From: Bacteroidales bacterium
GTDB taxonomy: Bacteria; Bacteroidota; Bacteroidia; Bacteroidales; UBA10428
Assembly (NCBI GenBank): GCA_016935615.1
Contig: JAFGQO010000192.1
Span: 27,091 to 91,090 of the forward strand
Direction: 5' to 3'
DNA: 64,000 nt
Made by a program: the position numbers and the translations under genes. Within the stretch, counting starts at the first letter, position 1. Each line of letters starts with the position of its first letter. The notes under the pieces are model-generated. The model saw nothing but the letters and a program-made list of their open reading frames with translations. It was not told the origin of the DNA and ran no database searches. Below, piece after piece: positions 37,460 through 47,800 of this stretch.

Positions 37460-38428
37460 TTATTGGATAAATACTTTAGCAGTAGTCGCTTTCGTACCAT
37501 TCACTACCCGAACAATGTACACTCCGGTCTTAAGACTGCTGATCTCAAGATCAGTTCCTAATTCGGTTTCGTGCATTACCTCAACCCCCATCAGGTTATA
37601 TACAGAAAGTGCGGTATTTGGTAACGCATTATCGAGCCTGACCACCAGGTTGCTTCCGTATGCATAGATATCAATCCCTTCAATGATCAGACTGTTTGTT
37701 GAAGAAGGAAGTGGAGGGAATACATACAGATCGGTGATAGCTTCCTGGGATAATACTTCATTATAGATCGTAAATTCATCAAATTTACCCTGGAAAAGAG
37801 GATCATCCCAATTGCTCCTGCCAAGATACATGTTGGTGAATTCGAGATCGCTTGGTTTAACTCCATTGACACTTCTGGAATCCTGCAGTTCACCATTCAG
37901 GTATAACCTCGCCGAATCAGCATCGTGTGTGCAGGTAAGCATGTACCATTCATCCAATACAATTGGTTCCTTTGAAATAAGTATGGTATCCATCCCATCG
38001 GTCCAGTCAATTGAATGAATATGCCATTTGAGTAATCCGTCCTGATAAGTTGTCAGAAATACAACGTCGTGGTTGCCCGGATGAGGATCCAGATCGAAAG
38101 GAATTCCAAAGTCAAAAATACGTACCCACCATTGGTTAGCTACCGAAGTTGTCCAACGGAACCAAAGGTTATAGGTTAGTGCATCGTAGTCGTACACATC
38201 ATTCAAGAGATAAGTAATGAAACCATCCGTGCCGTCGAGTTCCATAACATCACCCCGTTGATCATCAAATACAAAACTCACTCCTGTCGCTTCTGCCGAT
38301 GAGTTTATTTCCATCAAAACATCCATTTCGTCTTCATCGAAAGGAAAATGCGCAACCTGTGCTAAAGCACTCCCCGTAAGAAGAGCAAACAACGCAATTG
38401 TTAATCGTAAACTTCGTTTCATAATCAT
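37460..38428 (-). CDS. LamG/concanavalin-like domain protein with a T9SS C-terminal sorting domain
   Basis: Signal peptide, then a Laminin_G_3-like core (YNLWFRW..., LYLNGELQDS, MYLGRSNW.DPLFQGKFDEF.IYN). The type-A CTD is LSVYNLMGVEV....L.SLKTGVYIVRVVNG..ATTAKVFIQ. Confidence 0.75.
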   Translation of the reverse strand: MIMKRSLRLTIALFALLTGSALAQVAHFPFDEDEMDVLMEINSSAEATGVSFVFDDQRGDVMELDGTDGFITYLLNDVYDYDALTYNLWFRWTTSVANQWWVRIFDFGIPFDLDPHPGNHDVVFLTTYQDGLLKWHIHSIDWTDGMDTILISKEPIVLDEWYMLTCTHDADSARLYLNGELQDSRSVNGVKPSDLEFTNMYLGRSNWDDPLFQGKFDEFTIYNEVLSQEAITDLYVFPPLPSSTNSLIIEGIDIYAYGSNLVVRLDNALPNTALSVYNLMGVEVMHETELGTDLEISSLKTGVYIVRVVNGTKATTAKVFIQ

Positions 38429-38560
38429 ACGTTTTAGTGAATTATTATTAGGTTATTTTATTGGGTAATCATTCGTTAGTAAAAAAGTATTATGACCAAC
38501 CCTGATAATAATTTCCGGGTTGTAATGAGAGTTTACTGTATTCCAATTTTTTTTGCAAAT

Positions 38561-39976
38561 TCATTCATTCGGTTTTGCTTTTATCTTCTTTCCCCAGATG
38601 GTTCGCCCTTCATCGGAAAGACCACTGAAGCAAATGGTAAGGGTATCATTTTCCCAGTCCCATTCATCCGATACATAGGCATCGGCCAAAGTAGCCCCGT
38701 CAGCAATACTTAAGCGAAGAATATCGCCGGTAAAACTCCAGGAAGTATTATCCATTCCGGAAATCGATCCATCTTCCATGAGCTCGATGAAGGTTGAAAA
38801 ATTCCGGGATTCGGTCTTTTCGAAATAGATATATTCCCAGCTCCCTGCCAGATCGCCGGAAGTTTTTCCCGATTGGGGAACATTCACATAGCGCTCAGGG
38901 GTTATTACCGGCCAGCCATCCTCTGTCCAGAGCATCCTGCGAACATGCAGGTCCATCAGGTAGATGTTGGACGATAACCTTGCCTGGCTGACATAATAAT
39001 AGTTGTCACCATCCCGCATAACCCCGCAATGGCCAAAACCCTGCCAGCCGGGGTGATTGCTGAACCTATACTGGGCTGTTATTATCGGGTAATTTTCAAC
39101 CGAAGCAGCCATATCATTACCGAAATAATCATAATAAGGTCCCTCCGGATTATCACTGCGACCTACACGAACATTGTACGAATCTTCCAGCCAGCCATAG
39201 GAAACAAATAAATAATACTTATGCAAACCGGGATGGTAAAGGATCTCAGGTCCTTCGATCGAAGCTCCCGAATACTCACGCGCAGCAATTTTGTGCCCCA
39301 TGTCGCCTGGATCCAGCCTCTTTCCGGTTGCAGGATCCAACTCCACGATATAAATCCCTGACCAGTATGATCCGTAGGCCATCCAATGTTTTCCGTTGCT
39401 TTCATTTACAATTACAGCAGGATCTATAGCATTTACAGTACTGCTTTGTGTGGTTGAAATCACAATTCCCTGGTCTTCCCAGGGGCCATAAGGTGAATCG
39501 CTGGTAGCCAGGCCTATGGCTGAAATATTTTTCCCGAATACCGAAACCGAATAGTACAGCCTTACCTGATCCCCGATCATTAAAGCATAGGGTGCCCAGA
39601 TGTTTTCGGCTGTCTCACCCTGACCGGTGATATGGGCCAAAGCATCATCAGGTATTTCATCAAATACCCATCCCTTGAAAAACCACTGGACCAGATCGCT
39701 GGATTTTCTTCGCATGATCCCTGCCCGGGCCGTTCCGCCATACATCACATCGGTTGAAAAGATGTGATATTCATTTTCAAATTTCAAAATGGAAGGATCG
39801 TGCAAATTATAAGGTCCCCAGAGACCGGAATTCTCAATACCTGCTATCGACGTGTAATCATCATCATAGCCGGGATCGTAGGTATCCGGAATATTTTCCT
39901 CTTCCGGCTCGTCTCCTTCACATGCACATACAAGTAGCATAGCTATAGCAATCAGCATACAGATCAACTGTTTCAT
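38561..39976 (-). CDS. GH43 arabinanase-like lipoprotein with an extra C-terminal beta domain
   Basis: The probable start is MKQLICMLIAIAMLLVCAC (lipobox); the ORF extends to 40024. GH43 motifs are HDPSILKFENEYHIFSTD, NIWAPY, AIDPAVIV, IEGPEI and YYLFVSYGWLEDSYNVRVGRS. Paralogous to 49678-51825. Confidence 0.85.
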   Translation of the reverse strand: MKQLICMLIAIAMLLVCACEGDEPEEENIPDTYDPGYDDDYTSIAGIENSGLWGPYNLHDPSILKFENEYHIFSTDVMYGGTARAGIMRRKSSDLVQWFFKGWVFDEIPDDALAHITGQGETAENIWAPYALMIGDQVRLYYSVSVFGKNISAIGLATSDSPYGPWEDQGIVISTTQSSTVNAIDPAVIVNESNGKHWMAYGSYWSGIYIVELDPATGKRLDPGDMGHKIAAREYSGASIEGPEILYHPGLHKYYLFVSYGWLEDSYNVRVGRSDNPEGPYYDYFGNDMAASVENYPIITAQYRFSNHPGWQGFGHCGVMRDGDNYYYVSQARLSSNIYLMDLHVRRMLWTEDGWPVITPERYVNVPQSGKTSGDLAGSWEYIYFEKTESRNFSTFIELMEDGSISGMDNTSWSFTGDILRLSIADGATLADAYVSDEWDWENDTLTICFSGLSDEGRTIWGKKIKAKPNE

Positions 39977-40051
39977 TCTGCCGTAAAAGTTTTTAAGAAT
40001 CAAGGCCATGTCCATACTGTTCATGACCCCGATTGAAGTATTATTTATTCA

Positions 40052-41587
40052 TTATTCCCAACCCTCATTCTGATGTAAATTTGGATTTACATCCAGCTCT
40101 GTTGGCGGAATTGCCAGGTATTCACGTCCTGGGCTCCAGTCCTCATATTCTTCATCCCGTCCGATCAACATCTGGACTTTTGCCGGGTTGTCAAAATATC
40201 CCCAGCGTACAAGATCAACATAGCGGTGGGCTTCGAAACACAGTTCCAGTGCCCGTTCATGATCAAGCTGATCGCGCATTTCTTCCTGCGTCATGCCGGG
40301 CCGGACAACGGCCAGATCACGCAATTCAGCTCTGTCACGCACTTCCTGAATATAAGGATAGGCTTCATCGGTCCTGTTCAATTCGTTCAGACATTCAGCA
40401 TAAAGCAAAAGAATGTCGGAATAGCGCAAGATCCTTTCGTTTATTCCTGATCGCCATTCTGTTTCATCAGCCTCCGTATCATCATTAAGATATTTACGCA
40501 CATGTACGAAGTTTGGAAGAGCCAATTCATTAAACGGCGTTCCATAAACCAGGCATCCCGGATAATCGAAAAACATACTGGCTTTGGCCCGCGGATCAAT
40601 GCTGTCGTTTACAGTCGTTTCCTCCATAAACTCGTCATAGATCCAATCGGTGGGTGTAATATCACCCCAACCATAACCTAGCGGGGCATATGTTCTGGCT
40701 TTGCCGGAGGTTTTGCTCCAATCCGGCTGCGGTTCTCCATCCCAACCTAAATACGTACCTCCCACGTCACGATCAAACTGTACTTCGAAAAGCGATTCAC
40801 TATTGTTCTCGTTTGCTTCCGTGAAATTGTCCCGATAATTCTCAACAAGGCTGTATGAACCGTAATCACCATCAATAATCCCCTTAAGAACAGGCTCTGC
40901 CTCATTCCAGTGTTGAGTGATCATTAATGACTTTGCCAGATAACCGGCTGCTGCACCTTTGGTGGCTCTTCCTAGATCCGAAGCAGCATAGTTTTCCTTT
41001 ACCGGTAATGCTTCCACAGCATCGGCAAAATCAGAAATTACCTGAGCCCAGGTCTCTTCAGGAGGAGCCTGCGAAGGGAAAAATTCATCGGAATTTGCAG
41101 GCAGGCTGATTATCAAAGGTACATTCCGATATAAAATCACCAGGTGATAGTGGTATAATCCCCTCAGAAATTTTGCTTCTCCAATGATCCTGGCCTTCAA
41201 ACCAGCATCCATGTCAATCCCGGGCACATATTCAAGGATCTGGTTGGCCCAGAAGATCCCTTTGTATTGGGTTGCCCAGGGGGTGCTGTAACATGGATTT
41301 TCAGGAGAAGTAACATAGTTGGAAAGATCGGTAGTCCACCAGGGTGAAGTGTTGCGCATATCATCGGCTCGTACATCCATTATCCATGGATACAGCCGCA
41401 TATACAATCCATCATATAGCAGTGCCATGTAAACTGAATTAATTCCCCTGACAGCATCTTCCTCAGTTTTCCAGAATGATCCGGTCGTGTGGTCATTGGG
41501 ATTGGTCAATTCAACGAAATCATCGGTACAGGAATTCCCTATTACCATAAATCCCAACAGTACAAGCAGCTTATTTATAATTTTCAT
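40052..41587 (-). CDS. susD: SusD/RagB-family nutrient-binding lipoprotein
   Basis: Lipobox VIGNSC. 511 aa with a TPR-like SusD pattern (AYFLRGLYHYHLV-type segment, RWGYF). Sits directly downstream of SusC. Confidence 0.9.
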   Translation of the reverse strand: MKIINKLLVLLGFMVIGNSCTDDFVELTNPNDHTTGSFWKTEEDAVRGINSVYMALLYDGLYMRLYPWIMDVRADDMRNTSPWWTTDLSNYVTSPENPCYSTPWATQYKGIFWANQILEYVPGIDMDAGLKARIIGEAKFLRGLYHYHLVILYRNVPLIISLPANSDEFFPSQAPPEETWAQVISDFADAVEALPVKENYAASDLGRATKGAAAGYLAKSLMITQHWNEAEPVLKGIIDGDYGSYSLVENYRDNFTEANENNSESLFEVQFDRDVGGTYLGWDGEPQPDWSKTSGKARTYAPLGYGWGDITPTDWIYDEFMEETTVNDSIDPRAKASMFFDYPGCLVYGTPFNELALPNFVHVRKYLNDDTEADETEWRSGINERILRYSDILLLYAECLNELNRTDEAYPYIQEVRDRAELRDLAVVRPGMTQEEMRDQLDHERALELCFEAHRYVDLVRWGYFDNPAKVQMLIGRDEEYEDWSPGREYLAIPPTELDVNPNLHQNEGWE

Positions 41588-41608
41588 AATAGTCTGTTTT
41601 AATAGTTG

Positions 41609-44600
41609 TTATAAGACAATTTTCACTCCGGCATTTAAGGTCCTGGGTGCAGGATAAGAACCCCAATCCTCACCACGAAGGTAAAGTCCGTCGTTATTAA
41701 TATCAGGATCGAAACCCGTATACTTTGTAAATGTGTACAGGTTTTGAGCCCCTATATAGACCCGTAAGGTTTCTACACCCGGGATCTTATCGATAATGTT
41801 CTTAGGAAAAGTGTACCCCAGTTGCATACTTTGTATGCGCAGGTAGGCTCCATCCTCAATTTTCCGTTGTGACATACGATTGTTCTGGTTCCGGTCCAAT
41901 ACCGTAGGTCGCGGATACTCATTCGTTGTTCCTTCTCCGCGCCAGTAGTTCTCGTAAGATTCAACTGAGTAATTCCCATACTTCATTTCGTTGAGGATAT
42001 TGCTTGGCCCGTTATAGATCTTGTTACCGTAAACTCCATACAGGAATAAAGAGAAATCGAAACCCTTATAGTCACAACTGAAGTTCAGTCCTCCTGTCAG
42101 GGTGGGAAAAGCATTGCCCATATAAATACGGTCATCGTCATTAATAATACCGTCTTCATTTACATCACGAAATTTGATATCCCCCGGTTGTGCATTTTGC
42201 TGGGTAGCATGTGCATCTATTTCTTCCTCCGTCTGGAAGATCCCGATCATATCCCATCCGTACAGTTCACCCATTGAATGCCCGACTGCTGTTCTGCTCA
42301 TGTATCTGAGTACAGGTTCATCGTCTTTCCCAAGTTTAGTAACTTCGTTCTTCAAAGTTGTAAGGTTTGCACTTATATTCCAGTGGAATTCCCCTTCGTA
42401 TTTCCGGTAACCAACTACAAATTCAAATCCCTCGTTTGTCATGGAAGCCGAATTGACGGTTGGATTCAGAACAGTCCCTGTAGACCAGGGTACCGGTACT
42501 GCATACAAAATATCGTTCGCTTCATTATGATAGTATTCAACGGTAATCTCAAGTTTATTGGCAAAAAAAGCCATGTCGATACCTCCATTGCTGGTTATTC
42601 TCTCCTCCCATTTGATAGACGGATCAATGATATTGCTTTGGATTCCGGCAGCAGGCAGTTCTCCGTTAAAAGGATATGTTACTGCATTATTGATATACGA
42701 TTCATAGAGATAATCGCCAATTGCATCGGAACCGATTTTACCCCACCCTCCGCGGATCTTCAGCATACTGATGAAATTGACATTAAAAAAGCTCTCGTTA
42801 TGAATTTTCCACGCTGCCGAAAAAGAAGGAAAATTACCATACTTATTATTTGAACCAAATCTGGATGAGTAATCACGACGCAAATTGATCGTAGCCAGAT
42901 AACGATCTTTGTAAGTATATACCAACCGACCAAAATAGGACAACATACGGTGTTCAAAAAGATCACCCAATGCAGTTTGGTTATCCGGCCCTGCACCGAT
43001 TACCTCAAGGTAAGGTTCTGTAAATCCTTCGGAATGAGAATAATTCTGCTGTTGATAATCGTGTTGTGCGGAATGTCCTATCATAGCAGTAATATCATTC
43101 CCTGCAAAACTCTTATTATACGTTAGTGTTTGTTCCATCAGCATGTATGGATTTTCACCCCTCCACTCATTCAGGAAGGCAATGGTATTTACATGACGGG
43201 AACCAATTTCGAAAACCGGGTAAAACTCGTGGTTGAGCCAGTCGGAACGGTCGTAGCTTAAATTGATCTTATAGTTCAAACCTGAGATAATTTCCACATC
43301 ACCATAGAGTACTCCTTTGAACCGGTAGCGTTTCAGATAATTGTTCTTCAGATTGTTAAAGGCAACCTGGTTACCGGCAATCTGGTCATGGATCTCATCG
43401 ATGCCCCCGCCATAACCTCCTATATTGTTTTCGTCATACACAGAAACAGTAGGCAATGCGCTAATGGTTTCATAGATCGGATTGGCCCATTGTGAATTTG
43501 TAAGCCTGATCTGGTTAGAATAACTATAGAAAAAGGACTGGCCAAATTTAAACCTGCCTTTGCTTTGATCAAGATTAAGAGTAGCCGAATATCTTGTATA
43601 GCGTGGGCCAGGTCCTACCATGGTGCCGGTCTGATCAAAATAGTTCAGGCTGGCATAATAGCTTGAATTTTCATTCCCTCCCTGGAGTGACAGGTTATGA
43701 TCGGTGATATGTCCTGTTGTGAATACTTCTTCCTGCCAGTCGGTATCGACATCATCAATAAACAGGGAGGTATCAGGATTATTGGCCGGAGCAATCCGTT
43801 CTCTGGCATTTTCCCTGGCCACGTTGTTCATTTCCTGGAATTGCACACGATTGCAAACATCCATCCGGTGAGTGATGTTTTGTATCCCAAAGCTGCCATC
43901 GTAGGTAACTTTCATTCCCCCTGCCTGTCCTCGCTTGGTGGTAATAATTATCACACCGTTGGCTCCCCGTGATCCATAAATCGCAGCAGCAGATGCATCC
44001 TTTAAAATTTGTACGGATTCAATATCATTTGGATTCAAATCCGAAATACCTCCTGAGGGCACTCCCAGGGGAAACTGTCCTTCAAAATGACCAACGTCCA
44101 CATTGGTTGCATTGGCCAGGGGCACACCGTCAACCACGTATAAGGGTTCTGTATTACCGAGAGAACCGATTCCACGAATTTTTACCTTTGCAACAGCTCC
44201 TGGTTCCCCGCTGCCGGTCACAGATACACCGGCTGCCTGTCCCTGGAGTAATTTGGAAACATCATTCGCCTGGATCTTGTCAAGGTTTTCGGTGTTGATT
44301 ACGGCTACAGAACCCGTAAGATCGCTTTTCCTGGCAGAACCATAGCCAATAACTACCAGTTCCTCGAGTGAAAGCAGGTCTTGCACCATGGCCAGTTCAA
44401 CATGTGAACTCCCCCCGAGCGAATAAGTCTCGGTAAGGTAGCCCACATAGGAAAAAACCAATTCGGCATTTGGGTCATCAACCTTAAGGCTAAATTCTCC
44501 TTCCAGATTGGTAACCGTTCCTTCCATAGTTCCTTTAATTGCAATATTGACTCCCGTTAAGGGTTCACCGTTTGAAGAATCAGTTACCTTACCGGTAACT

Positions 44601-44683
44601 GTATTTTGTGCATGCAGTAATTCCGGACTCAATACTGTCAGGATAAAAAGCAAAGCGCACAGTTTTATTACGAATCCTTTCAT
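41609..44683 (-). CDS. susC: SusC/RagA-family TonB-linked outer-membrane transporter
   Basis: 1024 aa with a CarbopepD_reg-like N-terminus (VTGKVTDSSNGEPLTGVNIAIKGT). TonB-linked plug motifs are VVIGYGSARKSDLTGSV and ASAAAIYGSRGANGVIIITTK. The terminal beta-strand is GVKIVL. Confidence 0.95.
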   Translation of the reverse strand: MKGFVIKLCALLFILTVLSPELLHAQNTVTGKVTDSSNGEPLTGVNIAIKGTMEGTVTNLEGEFSLKVDDPNAELVFSYVGYLTETYSLGGSSHVELAMVQDLLSLEELVVIGYGSARKSDLTGSVAVINTENLDKIQANDVSKLLQGQAAGVSVTGSGEPGAVAKVKIRGIGSLGNTEPLYVVDGVPLANATNVDVGHFEGQFPLGVPSGGISDLNPNDIESVQILKDASAAAIYGSRGANGVIIITTKRGQAGGMKVTYDGSFGIQNITHRMDVCNRVQFQEMNNVARENARERIAPANNPDTSLFIDDVDTDWQEEVFTTGHITDHNLSLQGGNENSSYYASLNYFDQTGTMVGPGPRYTRYSATLNLDQSKGRFKFGQSFFYSYSNQIRLTNSQWANPIYETISALPTVSVYDENNIGGYGGGIDEIHDQIAGNQVAFNNLKNNYLKRYRFKGVLYGDVEIISGLNYKINLSYDRSDWLNHEFYPVFEIGSRHVNTIAFLNEWRGENPYMLMEQTLTYNKSFAGNDITAMIGHSAQHDYQQQNYSHSEGFTEPYLEVIGAGPDNQTALGDLFEHRMLSYFGRLVYTYKDRYLATINLRRDYSSRFGSNNKYGNFPSFSAAWKIHNESFFNVNFISMLKIRGGWGKIGSDAIGDYLYESYINNAVTYPFNGELPAAGIQSNIIDPSIKWEERITSNGGIDMAFFANKLEITVEYYHNEANDILYAVPVPWSTGTVLNPTVNSASMTNEGFEFVVGYRKYEGEFHWNISANLTTLKNEVTKLGKDDEPVLRYMSRTAVGHSMGELYGWDMIGIFQTEEEIDAHATQQNAQPGDIKFRDVNEDGIINDDDRIYMGNAFPTLTGGLNFSCDYKGFDFSLFLYGVYGNKIYNGPSNILNEMKYGNYSVESYENYWRGEGTTNEYPRPTVLDRNQNNRMSQRKIEDGAYLRIQSMQLGYTFPKNIIDKIPGVETLRVYIGAQNLYTFTKYTGFDPDINNDGLYLRGEDWGSYPAPRTLNAGVKIVL

Positions 44684-44753
44684 GTTGTAAAAATTAGGTT
44701 AGTGAATTAGATTAGTATAGGTTAAGATCCATCTGCAATATCAGATGTCAGCC

Positions 44754-44761
44754 CAAAAATA
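44754..44761 (-). promoter_or_regulatory. candidate -7 box (TATTTTTG) for susC
   Basis: The minus strand matches TAnnTTTG about 70 nt upstream of the susC ATG. The resulting leader would be essentially G-free. Confidence 0.35.
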
Positions 44762-44889
44762 CGTGAGGACTCACCAAAACAGGTGGAGATATGTTTCGGA
44801 TAAGTGGACTATTGTTTACAGGTTTACTAATAGATGTGTTGACAATAAACAACACCATGAAAATAAAGACATACTATACCTTATTCCTG

Positions 44890-47800
44890 TTACCCGACCT
44901 TGGTCCGAAGTTCCTTAATGTATTCGGAAGGAGATACATTAAAATGTTTCTTAAAGAGGCGGCTAAAATATTTTGGATCGTTATAGCCCACTGTATAGGC
45001 AACTTCCGAAATATTATAGGAGCCGGATAACATGAGTTCTCTCGCCTTTTTCAGACGAATGGTATTAATAAAGTCGGTTGCTGACTGATCGGTCAGGGCA
45101 GTAAGTTTTTTATGCAATAGACTGCGGCTTACACACATTACCGAAGCAAAATCATTTACATTGAATTCCGTATTATCCAGATTTTTTTCGATATGTTGAA
45201 GCGCTTTACGCAAAAATTTCTGGTCTGTGGGATTTTTTGTGATCTCTTCCGGACCAACCGGATCATGATTTGCAAAAGCTCTGCGGAGACGCTTTCTTGA
45301 ATCAATCAGGTTTTGCACCCTGGTTTCAAGCAGCTCCATATTGAAAGGCTTTGGAATATATTCATCGGCTCCGGTTTTATAACCTTCTATCTGATTCTCG
45401 ACAGTACCTTTTGCCGTTAATAGTATCACCGGAATATGACTGGTCTCGATCTTTTCCTTAAGTATCCTGCAAAGCTGCAGACCATTCATCACTGGCATCA
45501 TGATATCCGATATTACAAGATCGGGATTGTGTTTTTTTGCCAGTTCAAAAGCAGTTTCTCCATTTTCAGCCATCAAAATGTTAAATTGCTGATTCAGCCT
45601 GCTGGCTATAAACTCTCTTAACTCCCGGTTATCCTCAACCACCAGCAGAAGCGGTTTTCCTGCATACTGCTCCAACTTCAGTACGGGCAAGTCCTCATTT
45701 ATACTCAGCTGATTTTCAAGAATATGTTTTAGCATATTCATGTGATTTTTCAGATTCGACTGACCGAGATTGGTCTGGGTCACTTCTTCCTCGGAAAAAG
45801 CCTCCCTGCAACATGGCATTTGTATTGTAAAAGTAGTGCCTTCCCCGGGCTTACTATCCACAGCAACAGAACCACGATGTACCTTGATTAAATCTCGTGT
45901 TAACGAGAGACCAATACCACTTCCCATTGTATTGTCGTTTATTTGTTCTGCCTGGTAGAAACGTTTAAAAATATTGGGCAATTTATCTTTGCTAATACCC
46001 ATCCCGGTATCGGCTATTTCAATTTGTACATGCGTATAGGTATCCTTTTTCTTATGCGCCCTTTGCAAAACATCTGACCTGACAGGATTGATAAATTTCA
46101 CCCGGACATTTATTGTCCCTCTCTCAGGAGTGTACTTGACTGCATTCGAAAGCAAATTAAACAATACATTTTCAAGCTTTTCATGATCGAACCAGACCAA
46201 TTTATCGCTGATGGAACAATCAAAAACCAGATCAATATTTTTCTGTACAACCAAATCGTTGAAAGCTTCCAGGATACCTTTAATAAAGGTTCCCAGGTTA
46301 CCCTCCTGTACATGCAAACTCATCTTCCCTTTTTCTATTTTACGAAAATCCATAAGCTGATTGATCAGGTGCAATAAACGTTCAGCGTTCCGCGTAATCA
46401 AATTAATCTGTTTCATGCTGTCGCTCTCAGATTTCCATCTTCCCCGTAATTTTTCAAGGGGTCCAAGCATTAAAGTAAGCGGGGTCTTGAATTCGTGGGA
46501 TATATTGGTAAAAAATTTAAGTTTCAACTGATTCACCGCTTTCACCTTTTTATTCAGCTGAATCAGCCGGTCACGCTGTTGCATAATCTCAGTATTTTGT
46601 TGCTCTAACCTCACCTTCTGATCCTCAATCTGCGCCGTGCGTTCTCTTACCAGTTCCTCCAATTTTCGTTTTTGCAACTTCAGGGAACGGGTATGCAATC
46701 TGAGATAAATGCCAATTAAAAGTATCATAACAGCAACGATCAGGATCCGGAACCATCCGGTTTTCCAAAAAGGTGGTCTAATAATAATCTTTAAGGTAGC
46801 AGCATTCTCATTCCAGAGTCCATCATTATTGGCAGCCTTTAAACGAAAAATATACTCCCCCCCCGGTAACTTGGTGTAATTGGCAAATCGCCGGGAAGAA
46901 CTTACTTTTATCCAATCTTCATCAACTCCCTCAAGTTTATATGCATACCTGTTCTTTTCAGGTAAATGATAACTTAAGCCTGAAAATTCAAGAGAAAATG
47001 TATTCTCCCGGTGGTTTAAACGGACCTCTTCCGTTTCTGAGATCAATTTATCCAGAATGATCCGTTTTCCGAAAGGTTTTCCAGGCTCAACCACATTATT
47101 CAATATCTTAAAATCAATCAATATGGGAGTTGGCGGATTCTGGTTGTTTACGATATTTTCCGGATCGAAATAGTTGATGCCTTTCATCCCTCCGAAATAG
47201 AGGATCCCGTTTGCTCCATGGGCTGCAGCACTCCAGTAAAACTGATTGCTCTGAAGTCCATCGGCTACATAATAATTACTAAATTCTTCGTTTTCTATAT
47301 GAAACCGAGACAAGCCATAATCGGTACTTAGCCACAGATTATGATGATCATCTTCCAGTATGCCATAGACCACGTTGTTGCATAATCCCTCTTTTTGAGT
47401 ATAATGTGCAAATTTTATATCGTCCGGGTTGATCCCGTCCCAGTCCGTCTTATTCAATCCATTTCCGTAAGTTCCGATCCAAAGGCTTTTGTTATTATCC
47501 TCATACAGGGATATAACATAATTCTCATTCAGGGAAGCCGTATTATCCGGATCACTTCTGAAACAAATAAATGGAATTTTGTTGGGGAACTTTTTAATCA
47601 AGGCAACATGTTCATTCGAAATGTAATATAGGCCATTGCGTGTACCAATCCAAAGATTGCCGTAATGATCGCGCAGAATACATCCCACTTCGGAAAGTTG
47701 ATCACCCGAAACAGGTTGATTTAAAACATGAGTAAGACGATTATTATTTGGATCAAAAAGATCGAGCCCTCCTTCGGTCCCAACCCAGATTTTTCCTTCA

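Noticed and set aside
40033-40488. 151-aa plus-strand ORF antisense to susD, and similar ORFs antisense to susC and the HTCS gene (for example 42278-42853)
   Set aside because: All lie within strongly supported minus-strand genes. They have proline/arginine/histidine-rich or otherwise compositionally odd translations and no start context.
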